Source: Carcharhinus longimanus
Taxonomy: Eukaryota
Length of the DNA: 64,000 nucleotides
Direction of reading: 5' to 3'
Assembly: GCA_030264375.1 (NCBI GenBank)
Contig: JASCQW010000162.1
Coordinates: 85,217,343 to 85,281,342, forward strand
Part shown: in pieces, positions 1-11,562 of the stretch
How the letters are laid out: every line of letters begins with the position of its first letter
How positions within the stretch are numbered: the first letter of the stretch is position 1
Position numbers and translations under genes: made by a program
The notes under the pieces: model-generated
What the model saw: the letters and a program-made list of their open reading frames with translations, nothing else
What the model was told of the DNA's origin: nothing
Database searches by the model: none

Positions 1-1079
1 CCCCACCTCGGCCCCCCTCAAATAAAGTGCCTCAAGAGAACCACATAATGCCACGTGAAGGTGAAAATACTAAAATAAGTGATTTAACTCAAGTAAATTT
101 CTGTTATATTCAATCCTGGACTTTGGGTAACGTGGCCAGCATTTACTGCCCATCCTCAATTGTTGACTGGCTTGTCAGGTCATTTCAAGAGTCAGCCACG
201 TTGTCATGGATCTGATTAGTGAACTAAATCTTTTTTTAAAAAAAATTGACAATGGCTTCATGGCCTTCATTGGATTTTTAATTCCAGGTTTTCATAGAAT
301 ACAAATTTTACCATTTGCCATGGTGGAATTCGAACCCAGGGCCCAGAGTGTTAACCCTGGATCTCTGGATTACTAGTCCAGTGACAATAACACTATGCCA
401 CCATTGTCAGCGATTTGTGAACAGGGAGCATTAAGCACATGCTGGCACTTATTTAATTAGGATTGCAGGCGATCAGTGCTTCTGAGCAATGAAGACACGT
501 TCTTAGACTCTCTTCACCCACAACCCGAGATAAATACCGAGCTTGTAACCGCTCTCCACAAATCCAAACTAAACTACCAGCTCAAAGCAATTATACCAAT
601 CATCTACTGAACTGAATAAATAGCTAGTCTGCATCTGTCAATGTGGCTAACAATGTGTTAAACTTGACAAACTTTAGGACGAGCTATTGACTGCACAGTT
701 AACTGTGCCACATCATATGCTGTCTGCACAATTTCAAGCCATTGTGATTAGGTTCACATAGTGCTCATATTCAGAGTAATAACTGAGCCTGATGAATCAT
801 TTTGATATCACTTCACAGCAATTAGAGCAATTGGAAATTGGATTCCAGAAGTAATTATACAGTAAACAAGTGCATTAGTTTCACATCCTGTTCCAGCTGC
901 ATTTCCGTTCTTCAGTTACTCAGGTGCTTACTGTTAACTAATACATATCTGAACCACAGTTACATTATCCTAATTTGCTTGAGACACCCAACAATGAATT
1001 CTCGGGACTAACCTAGGAGTCATTCTTCTCCGAATAACCCACACAATATTCATCTGCAACTAGAATAAACACACGACCT

Positions 1080-1440
1080 CAGGATGCCTGAAAGCATTTC
1101 AGCCACTTCAAATATGCAGACCGTCACTTCACACGGAGCAAGGCTCTACAATAAGCAAGGTGGCAAAAGGACAAGATCTTTTGTTTCACAGTTTTTGTCT
1201 GAGGGGATATATTCTGAACAGAATGCTAGTCGAATACCCTGCTCATCTTCAGAAATCCTTTACATCCAAATCCAGCTGAACCTCTGTTTAACATTTTCCT
1301 TGAAAGACACCACATTTGACAGCGCAGCAGGGTCTCAGTGCTGCTAAGTGTCATCATAGATTCCACATTGTAATCTTTGGAGCATGTTTTGAGTTAATCA
1401 GTTTATGACTTGGATGCGAGTGTGCCATCACCGAGTCAAG
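1080..1440 (-). mobile_element. Degenerate SacSINE1/DeuSINE-like SINE
   Basis: Colinear by eye with the copies at 5530 and 59130 (ccctgctc-ttc, ctgtttaac, gaaagac, gacagcgcagc). Confidence 0.5.
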
Positions 1441-1898
1441 CCTAACTTTTAGGACAGGCTGTGATGGTCTCCATTTATAGCACAGTATCATGACAAGTCA
1501 TTTAATCTTGGCCCTTTCCCCTTAGAAATATAGGATGTAAACCAGCCCATGATACAGGAGAGAAGTAAAATGTTTAGGGGTCAGTATTAGTGGGATAAAA
1601 AAAGTCATAATTGATTTTAAATTAGCAATCTTCTCAGAAACATTTTCAAAGGGTTATGTACAAACTTAAAAATTTCAACTGTCGTGTAGCAGAGCTCAAA
1701 GCCGAGGTCCAAAAGGTTAAGTTATGAAAGCAGGTTGCATGAGTCGGGGTTGGATTCCCAGGAAACATGGGGGCTGACCTAACTGAGTGATGTCAATGTT
1801 AAGAGGGTGGAGTAGGTAGATACGGATAAACTATGAGCAGGTCAGGTGAGGTGCAGGCGAGTGAGGCAGGTGAAATGAAGAGAGGTGGTGAGGGAGTA

Positions 1899-2183
1899 TG
1901 AGATGAGGTACAAGTGTTTTAGGTGTGACAGAGGAGGGTTGAAGAGAGGTGGAGGGGTGGCACTGTTAGTAAAGGAAAACATCNNNNNNNNNNNNNNNNN
2001 NNNNNNNNNNNNNNNNNNNNNNNNNNNNNNNNNNNNNNNNNNNNNNNNNNNNNNNNNNNNNNNNNNNNNNNNNNNNNNNNNNNACACGCAGGGTAGAATA
2101 GGTGTAGGGTGATGCGGCGGCGCGGGCTCGTTGGGCCGAAGGGCCTGTTTCCCGTGCTGGTTTGTTCTTTGTTCTTTGAGATG
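1899..2183 (+). mobile_element. Young CR1-type LINE collapsed across a 100-N gap
   Basis: Left side encodes an APE endonuclease motif (YKCFRCDRGGLKRGGGVALLVKENI). Right side is a CR1-like 3' end with a (GTTCTTT)n tail. Putative TSD tgagatg at 1899-1905 and 2177-2183. Confidence 0.75.
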
Positions 2184-4439
2184 GAGGAGTGAGAGGAGGG
2201 TTGGGGTAAGAGAGTAAAGAGAGGTGAAGGCATAGCAGGGCTGAGGGTGAGGAAAGGGGGCAAAGTGGGAAGGAGACAAAGGAGGTTCCAGGGAAGAGAA
2301 GCTAAAAAGAACCGAGCAAGCTGTTAAGCTCATTTCTGCAGTAGAGGCTGCTGTCAGCATGCCAGGCAGCTGCCACTTTGCTTCACGCCTCGGATGTGAG
2401 AGGGTGCTGACAACAGCAAAGCGCATTCATTAGTGTCATAGCTTTCTACCCTTTTCCATGTGCTGTCTGAGGGGTAATTTTATGCCCATCATTCAGTGAA
2501 ATCAGAAAAAAGGCCAAGTTTAAGAAAACAAGCTCAGTTTGCTTTAATCCCTTTAGCATTGAAGCCACAATCAGAAGCAAACAAAATAGGCTCTCTTAGG
2601 CAGCTAACATTCATTCCACAAAATAAATATCACCTTCATCTCGTTTAACACAAACGAAAAATTCTGAATCGGAAGTCAGCCCTGACTAAAGGAAGCCTCC
2701 CACCTGGGAAAAAAATCCCATAGCTGCAGCTGTGATCTAGGGGGGCGAGTGTGTTAGGTGAAGGTTAAAAGTTGAGAACATTTGCTAGGAAACGCAGTGT
2801 GTCTAACAATAGAGCTGGGCTGTGAAATATGAGGAAGAGATCTCTCTTCAGATGCAATCGATTAAAAGTTTGTTCCCTTTCCTCCCACTCCTTAATTTCT
2901 TGGAAAAGCAGTGGGTTTTCCCACCAATTAGCTCAGCAGTCTCTCTCCTTAAAATGTGCATGATTTGATGAATCATTGCAACAAGATTTAGAAGGTTTTA
3001 AAAGACTTTTTAAAGATTAAGAGTTAAAGGGGCGGAAAACTAAAAATCTCACATGGGTAGAGGCTTTGACCTGGACCATCAGGCCTCTGTCCAAGAGGAA
3101 TGAAGGTAGGCCTACTATAAAAATGGTGGGCAGGGCCAGATTTCAGAATTCCTGCTGCCCCCACTGCCCCCCCTCCCCATTTCACCAGCATGGGACAAGG
3201 TGCGACACATGCAGTACACCATCCCCTGCCAATTCCATCACTGCATGGGGCATTTCAACCACCTCTGTAATTTTGGGGTGGGCTCATTCCTTTAGTAAAA
3301 ATGGTTAACAGAACTTCTGAGGAATCATGAATTATGGGGAAACCCCAATTTTTACGTCAGCAACCAGAAGAAAAATAACTTAACAGTCCCCTGGCTTTTC
3401 TGATTGTTTCAAAGCTGTCAATTTCAGGCAGTGAAAACTTCCTTTAATTAATCCACTTCACACCTCATTCTAATGTAAATAAACACACATGCACTGAGAA
3501 ACCCCAACTAAATAACTAATTTCAAGGTAGACATGTCACTCAAACAAAGCTTGCAGTCTGCTCTGAAGCTGTATCAACATAGCCTGTAGAGCTTTCATCA
3601 ATCTTGGAGCTTAGCGAAGCATTCAAAATGAGGCCTTCTGGAAAAACAGATGCCAAGCCAGCTGCTCTGCCTGCTATTGTTGATACAGTTGACAAGTAGC
3701 ATCATTATGAATGCTGCACTCCAAGACTAACCAATGCATTTAACTCAGTACACAAGGCTGACAACTTCAGAGCAGTATACAAGCTTTTTTGATCGATATC
3801 CCTAGCACCTTGTAATAAGTTATTTGCTTAATGTGTTTTTCAATGCTCGTGTGTTTAGTTACACACGATTAAAAGGGTCCGAAGTGGATGTAAGCTTCTG
3901 ACATTGATTCTATGAATGGTTGTGGTTGATTGACACTTAAAAAACTACTGCTCTACTTGAGGTTACAAGCTTTCTTTCAAAGCACCTGCTTAAGCTGCCA
4001 GTTTCAGGAAAATTTCAGAGACTTCTCAATAGCTTAGGTTGTATGTGTAATGAACACTGGGAGAGTGGATATTGAGGAGGCATGGGGGCAGGAGGGAATG
4101 AGGGATATTAGGGTCATGAGGGGATGATGAATCAGGGTCCATCCATCATGATTATAACTGAGCTTGTGACTCAATAAATGAAGACAGGCCTTCTAATCTG
4201 CTGCTTCAGCATCTGCCAAACTCGCCCCTTTCTCCAGAGGGAGTGGGCTCGACTCCATCTCACCCCTCACCCCGCCAGAATGAAAATATGGCAGACTGGG
4301 GTCTCCTTAATGGAGACACGTATGCAAATTCAGTAACTTTCCTAACTCTCGCTTCCTTCCTATCCCCGTCATGAAAATCCAGCACTTTATTTAGCAAAAG
4401 ACTGTTTCCCCTTCCAAAATTTGGTCACAATGCAGATGC

Positions 4440-4830
4440 ATCAGCCATGACAGTGATAACCTTCCCAGCTAAATTATGTGGTTGTGGGTTCAAGTTCAAA
4501 TCCAGAGACTTGAATGCACAATCCAGGCTGTAACTCTAGTGCAATTCTTAGCTCTTAATGAAATTTTAAATACATTCTTCCCACTTGCGGTCTGACTTCA
4601 AAGGTCCCTGTTGAAGGGGGAGTTTGCACTCACCTCCTGAGCACAGTTTATTTCAGAATTAGTGCCTAAAACAAATAACAATGTGCTAATGACCAGATAA
4701 TCTGTGGGAGCTTACTGTGCTCAAATTGGCTGCTGTATTTCCCCTATTGCAGCAATGACGACAACTTCAGGAAGAAGTTAATTGGCTGTAAAGCACTCTG
4801 GGACATTTGGGGATAATAAAATATACCATT
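4440..4830 (+). mobile_element. SacSINE1/DeuSINE-like SINE
   Basis: ggttgtgggttcaag head, aaattggctgctgtatttcc, and ggctgtaaagcactctgggac tail. Confidence 0.65.
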
Positions 4831-5529
4831 AAAACAGGAGTCTGGTCTATTCCTCTCACACAATAGAATTCAAGAACCTCGGCAGAGGTCATGTGGCCAG
4901 TGTGTGTGAGCGTGCTGCTCTCAGAGTACATTCCCTTGTGCAGTCTGGGTTGGGAAAGGATTAAACTCATCCAACTGGTGGCCACTCCCTAGTATCGAAA
5001 CCACTGACCCCTCCCCCAGTGTAGAGCACTGTGTTCTCACAACTCAAACTGCAGATCACTCCGTTTTGACACAGGTGAAACAAAAGGCTAATTTTTCTTC
5101 CAGTGGCAAACATCCCAACTACTAAACACACATCCTGTTTAGACTCATTCTTGTCCATCAGCATTTCACTGTGTTACTGACTGACAAACAAGGCACACCA
5201 GAGTTCAACGCCCTCTGTGCAGAATACAATCCAATCATTCACAAGGAAAGTACCTATACGTTGCATTAAGGATTCTCACACCCTGTTCTTTGAAAGAGGT
5301 TTAGTAATTACACCTGCTCTCCATGGTGCCAAAGTGTTGTATTTATTTTGCAGGATGGATTTCGCAACCGGAGAAAGCTGCACAAATGTAATTATCTTTC
5401 AGTCACAAGCACCAGGCAAAATCCTACTTCAGGAGGGTTGGTGCCCAGACAGCAGTGAATTGGATCCTTCCTATTGTTGGTTCACCTCTAACGCAGCTCT
5501 TGAGAAAGGAGACAGCACTGCAGTTTAAA

Positions 5530-5925
5530 GAGAGAACTTATATTTCTACAGCACAACCTTGGGATGTCCCAAAGCACTTTGCAGCCACAGAAGTGTGGCC
5601 ACTGTTGCACTATGGGAAACCATGCCAACCATTTTGTGCACAGCAAGATAATGACATCCTGAAAAGTTGGCCCATTTTAGTGAAATTAGTTGAAGGATAA
5701 ATATAGGCCAGGACACTGAAGAAAACTACCGTGTTTTTAGTCAAATTGTGTCATGGGATCTTGTACACCCACCTGAGGGGATAGATAGGGCTTCTGTTTA
5801 ATGTTTAATCTGACTACAGCACCTCAAATACAGCGCTCCCTCAGTCAGCTGAGGTTGTCAGCTTTAAGTCTCTAGAATGGGACCTGAACCCTTAACTTCT
5901 GATTGAGAGGCAAGAGTACCACAGG
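5530..5925 (-). mobile_element. SacSINE1/DeuSINE-like SINE
   Basis: Reverse complement of the same family (gtcccaaagcactttgcagcc ... aaatataggccaggacac ... gggacctgaaccc). Confidence 0.65.
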
Positions 5926-6792
5926 TAGCACTCTGCGCAACAACATAAAGACCAGGTTACAAGCTGTAGTGGGGTGCACATACTGTTTTGAGGAAAGTCA
6001 TAGCCTGATAGATTGGCTTCATTTCTTGCACTTTCAACTGGATTAGATGACGTTTGGGACCTTCATTCCAGACTTCAGCACATAACTTAGGCTCGGAACT
6101 CAGTGCAGGACTGAGGGAGTACTGTCTTGTTGAGGATGCCATCTCACAGACTGGCCCATTAATCTGGGGCACCCTCTGCCTGTTCAGATAAACAGACCCC
6201 ATGGGACTAGAGCAGCAGTCCCCAAACTCCAATCCGGACGCAGCCCGGATGTGGCTCACGGGCTGTAATTTGGAGACTCTTGGACTAGAGTAAGATAAAG
6301 TCCAATATCGTTCCTTCAATGAACACCACAGTGGTGTATCACACATCTTTTTAAATATAGTTACCATCATTCCTGATGTGTTCAGTTAGGGTTTAAATGA
6401 AGAACACTCCAAGCCTATCCTTATTATCAAGAAAATCTCAATCAGGCTTCATGGTTAGTCTGTGCCAGTTTATGGTTATGTATCTACATCCAAGCTCACA
6501 TACTCCATCCAACAATTGCCTCTAGACTTATGCATATCACTTCCGGTAAGGGCCGAATCAAAATCACTATAACACAGAGGCAGCCATTCAGCCCATCATC
6601 TTTATGCTGATTCTCTGTACAACAATCCAATCAGTCCCCTTTTCCCATTGGCCTGCAAGTTTATATCCTTGCCCACAAACCGCTCCCCCCCACCCCCCCT
6701 CCCAGTTTGGTCCATCCAATTTTCAAAATTGTTGATCATCAATCTCCACCACCCTGGTTGGTAGCAAATTCCACATTACTATCACTTGCTGA

Positions 6793-7902
6793 TGTAATGA
6801 TTGTGTGCTATTGCTTTGGAGATATACACCTATATAGCTTTTTAAGATGGCACAGTGGTTAGCACTGCTGCCTCACAGCACCAGGGATCCGGGTTCAATT
6901 CCAGCCATGAGCGAGTGCGGAGTTTGCAAATTCTCCCTAAGTCTGTGGGGGGTTTCGTCCAGGTGTTCCAGCTTCCTCCCACAGTCCAAAGGTGTGTAGG
7001 TTAGGTGGATTGGCAATGTTAAGTTGCCCCTTAGTATCCAAAGATGTATAGGTTAGATGGATTGGCCATGGTAAATGTGTGGTATTATGGGGATAGGGCG
7101 AAGTGGTGGGCCTGGGTAAGATGCTCTTTCAGAGAGGTGGTGCAGACTTGATGGGTCAAATGGCCTCCTCCTGCAATGGAGAGATTCCATGATTCTATGT
7201 TTAAAGGGGCTGTTTGAAAGTTCTTTTTTTTTCTATAATCAGAATGTCTGGAGGGAATATAGCTCAGATACTGGGAAAGCAGAGTAATTACTCATTTTAG
7301 CTATGCAGTGTTTACTTAGGAGAGAGCTAATGGATTTTAGTTTACAAAACAAAAAGATCCCACGGGGTTATTGATAAAAAGAATGAATAATGGGTTTAGA
7401 TTGATAAGGTCATGTGATAAACATGGTTAATGAGAGGAACTTGGCATATAGGAGAAAGAACGGAGCTCTGGCTGGGGTTTGTTTAAGCCTTAGATCTGCA
7501 AGCTGCTCTTTCCACAAAATCTCTCCGAAAGCTTCAAGACTAATTACACTCCTTATAGCAAATTTATTTATGGTTGCTAACTGTGTTTAAGGTGATTAAG
7601 AATGTAAGAAAAACATTGCTTAATTGGAACTGAAACAGTGATAAGTTAGAAATTAAGTTATTTCTTTCTATGTTTCAATATTGTTCAAACAGGTAATAGT
7701 TAAGCTGCTTCATTCATCAGAATTTTAATTAAACTAGATTATTGAATAAAATTTGTTTTACTATAAAAGTTCCCTAATTTGTCAGCCGAATTACTCCTGG
7801 AGTGATGCATCCTATCTTCACATTTCTGCCAAAATAAAAAAATTGTTGGGATGTAGTCTGGTTTCATAATAAACCTTGGGGTTCAGGTCCAGAGTGCTAA
7901 CA
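6793..7902 (+). mobile_element. Probable solo LTR, itself interrupted by an HE1 SINE
   Basis: TGTAA...TAACA termini, internal AATAAA near 7745, interrupts a CR1 fragment; no clean TSD seen. Confidence 0.5.
6846..7198 (+). mobile_element. HE1-like tRNA-derived SINE
   Basis: tggcacagtggttagcactgctgcctcacag (A box), gggttcaattcc (B box), V-domain-like core, attctatg tail. Confidence 0.85.
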
Positions 7903-9761
7903 TGGAATAAAAAACTTCTTCCTCATAAGCTCCTATATCTCTTGCCCAAAACCTCAAATCAATGCCCTTTAACTTTGTACCATCAGCTAATGGCAACAGC
8001 TGGCCCTGATCTACCTTATTTAAACCCATATTAACCTTGTACACACTTCTATCCAGACTCACTAGTTTCCTTTGCTCCAAGGAGAACAAGCTCAAAAGTC
8101 AAACATGGTTGTAAAAACGACCCTCAACACCCCCTTCCCCCATTGCACCTCCAGTTGAGTCTCCGGTCGCACAGACTCTCCCAATTCATTCATGCAGGTT
8201 CTTGGGGAAGGTAACTTAGGACTTTGAGTGAAGAAACTTCTCTTCATCTGAGAGTAACGAATCTTTGAAAGAAGGTTGTGTAGTACCCCATTGTTAAATA
8301 CATTCAACAGTTGGACTGACAGATTTCTGGTCTCTTGGGGAATTAACAGATATGGGAAATAAACGGGAGAGTGGAGTTAAAGTCCAAGGTCAGCCCTGAG
8401 CACTTTGAATGGCTCAACAGGTCTGATGGGCGTGTAGTCTATGGCTGCTCCCATTTCTTAAGCTGGGAAATTGCAGCTGGTTTCATATAGGGTTTCTAAT
8501 CCTCCAGTATTGTCCTTATTGGAATTACAGGTTGATTTCCAGGACACTACGCTGTAAACGCCACCAGACAAAAACCATGGTGACATTTCACTTTAGGTTT
8601 TCCAATGAGTATCTTTCATTTGTTAAGGAAAAGAAATATTGGCGATAGGGCGTAAAGCTCTTTGAATGGCTGTCCTGAGTAATCCAATCAGGGGCTTGGG
8701 TAAGATGCTCTTTTAGAGAGTTAGTGCAGACTCGATGGGCCGAATGGCCTCTTTTTGCTCTGCAGGGATCCTATGGACTCTATTTCCTGCCGTCATGGCA
8801 ATGCACTGATGACTGCAGTGCAGAAATTAAAAAAAAAACATGTCCAATTCCCTGATCAGCCTGTGGCTCAAAACAATTCGCACCGCAGTGTGGGATTCAA
8901 CAGTAAATGAGCTCATGGAAAACACCCACTCCCAGGAAAACAGTTGCTTCTTGCTCACTGTTATGTTAAATATAAAAAAAAGTTACTTAGTCTCACTCTT
9001 GCTGCTGCATTAATTAACAAGTACCTTGCCTACGTCTCTGACAACCTAAAATTCCCAGCTCGCTCCGACACTCGGACCAGCCTACACTGTATTGCCAATG
9101 CTTCACAGTAAAGAGAGCTCTCTGCTTTCTCCACGCCATCATCCACCCCCTCAGCCACATCCACTGGTAATTACTGCTGAAGGTCACACATCAGCTGAGA
9201 GGCCAGAATTCCAGGAAACAAGCTGAGCTTATGTAACTGCATGACAAACGCTGGCAGCTGCCCAACAATCGTGCAGTTAGCAGGGGCGGAAAGTAGGACA
9301 ACCTTCAGCAGCTATAGCACACTCCATTCGTTTTCCCCCTTCAGGAGAGAGAAAGCTTTCAACAACTTGGGGATATAATATGAATCAGCTGCAGCAGCTG
9401 TAAATGCTTTGCAATGCAGACAGTGACCTACTTGTGATTTGAATGTGAAGGGAGAGGGGGGAGTTCTTGTGCAGTGTGATCTTGTGCTTGTGATTTTGGT
9501 GTCCTAATCTGCACCCGTAGGTTCAGATTTCTGCCTTTGATTCAAGTCCAATATCCTTTCCCCGCTGCAAACCAGACCAAAAAAAAAGCACACTTGGAGG
9601 TCTTGATTGCTCTTCTACAATTGTTAGAGGCCGAATTAGTGCCAATGTACATTCCACTACAAAGCCACAGTTTCCCAGTAACTGAAATCAGGACGCAGAG
9701 CAGAATTTCCAGTCTCTCAGCTTGATCACCTTGTTACCCGAGGCTAATGATAAACCCAACA

Positions 9762-10222
9762 NNNNNNNNNNNNNNNNNNNNNNNNNNNNNNNNNNNNNNN
9801 NNNNNNNNNNNNNNNNNNNNNNNNNNNNNNNNNNNNNNNNNNNNNNNNNNNNNNNNNNNNNNNNNNNNNNNNNNNNNNNNNNNNNNNNNNNNNNNNNNNN
9901 NNNNNNNNNNNNNNNNNNNNNNNNNNNNNNNNNNNNNNNNNNNNNNNNNNNNNNNNNNNNNNNNNNNNNNNNNNNNNNNNNNNNNNNNNNNNNNNNNNNN
10001 NNNNNNNNNNNNNNNNNNNNNNNNNNNNNNNNNNNNNNNNNNNNNNNNNNNNNNNNNNNNNNNNNNNNNNNNNNNNNNNNNNNNNNNNNNNNNNNNNNNN
10101 NNNNNNNNNNNNNNNNNNNNNNNNNNNNNNNNNNNNNNNNNNNNNNNNNNNNNNNNNNNNNNNNNNNNNNNNNNNNNNNNNNNNNNNNNNNNNNNNNNNN
10201 NNNNNNNNNNNNNNNNNNNNNN
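9762..10222. other. Assembly gap (461 N)
   Basis: Other gaps: 1984-2083, 17453-17470, 23551-23650, 27154-27253, 32524-32623, 41168-41267, 47697-47706, 49526-49625, 51616-51715, 60533-60594, 62346-62719. Confidence 1.
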
Positions 10223-10254
10223 CTGAAATTAAAATTTCAGCAGCCTGTGACCAG

Positions 10255-10379
10255 ATATATATATATATATATATATAGGCCGCTACAAGCGAGAGAGGGG
10301 CTTTCAGCACTGACTGGGTCGGCCTATTCCAAACAAAGGAATCAATGTCACTTTAAGACATAAAGTATATATATATATA
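10255..10379. repeat. Two (TA)n microsatellites
   Basis: Runs at ~10255-10277 and ~10366-10379. Other microsatellites: (CA)n ~58572-58591 and ~59560-59579; (GA)n plus poly-G ~60490-60532. Confidence 0.9.
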
Positions 10380-11526
10380 TGGAAGGGCTGCCAACTGAAT
10401 AACCAATTCAGTGTAAAAAGCTACCTAGTTGGGGAAAGTGAAGGAAAATAAAGTCAATTAAAAATAATTAGTAAGTATTTATATGGGAAAGCCCAATTTT
10501 TAATGCAGAAAGGATCGCCCACAAAATTGCACATCTTTCCCCTTCTCCAGAAAACAAGCTAAGCTCTGCATGCTTATGAAATAAATAAATCCTTCTTTTT
10601 ATGTACTTATCACGTCATCAACTCAAAGCGCTTCAGTGATTTAATATTACACTGCTGTGACACGTACATTGGTAAACTCTCATTCGGTGTCACCATAGCA
10701 ACACTAAGCTGGAACTGTCTGGCTTCTCCTAAGAAGGAACTCTCGGGAGTTTTTAAACAGATGTATCCATATTTATGAAGGAGCACAGAGGAACAGATAG
10801 CGTACAAGGTGCAAAGTTGTAAAGAAATGCAGTGGAAGCTCAAGATACTCCAAACCTTTCCAACATTGCCTGACACAGAGTGTGATCAAGTTCTAAAACC
10901 AAAGCTAACTGACCAAAAACAAAATCTGGCATATGTGACAGGGACCATATTACGATTAGCATGCAGATTCTTAGTCAATAAATAGTTCAGTATATTACAG
11001 AGTCAGGTCATAAATATTCCAAGTGATGCCCCAACCCAAACAAACCGACTAGCTTTCTGACTTCTTTTTTTTAAATAACTTCAGCCGAGCTGGGCACTTT
11101 CCATTTGTAGCTTGGTCTTTCAAACTGGGGGCTCCTCTCATCATCAAATCCTCAAGAGGTCCAACAACTGCCTCAAGAAATTGGCACAGGCCATTTGGCC
11201 CCTAGACCTGCTCTAATGATCAATGAGACAGTAGTCGATCTGCACCCCAATTCTACTCACCTACCTTGGCAGCAGATCACTTGATGCCCTGACCTAACAA
11301 CATGTTGTAATGAAGAATTGATGGAAACCTGCTAAAGATTGGGGAGGGTTTCACCCCTGAAAGGGGCTCTTCACCTCAACTGGCTTGACGAATAGCTGGC
11401 CAGGGGGAGGCATCTACTATGGCAACGGAACCTTACAAGAGGACAACCAAACATTATGCAGAAGCACTACAGCAGCAATAATACAGCAAAGAGCAATGGT
11501 GTAAGAAGCGTAAATAAAAAGTCAAC

Positions 11527-11562
11527 CTCTGCCACATCCAATTCATCGTCAAATGCAATGAG
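11527..11562 (-). CDS. ITPR1: ITPR1 first SII alternative microexon (~exon 40)
   Basis: Branch motifs tactaat/tgctaac, long pyrimidine tract ...ttttctctcctctttttgacag|CTC ATT ... GCA GAG|gttgac; LIAFDDELDVAE resembles recalled mammalian LISIDELDNAE; 36 nt, phase 0-0; weak donor. Confidence 0.85.

Larger units (their letters stand above)
6570..8095 (-). mobile_element. Old CR1 3' fragment split by an LTR-like insertion (CR1 pieces 6570-6792 and 7903-8095)
   Basis: The two pieces join into a continuous CR1 3' region; ORF 7883..8095 (LFSLEQRKL...VYKV) is CR1 ORF2 C-terminus-like. Confidence 0.6.

Noticed and set aside
9020-9590. Several splice-like signals (acceptor at 9565, 36-nt 9303-9338, 21-nt VVRDVGK)
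   Set aside because: In-frame stops or poor pyrimidine tracts; not distinguishable from chance.
10668-10708. Possible SII exon (ccag|CTTAGT...CCAAT|gtacgt), near a GEARQ-like frame
   Set aside because: 41 nt, so out of frame; neighbouring acceptors give stops or frameshifts; no convincing homology.
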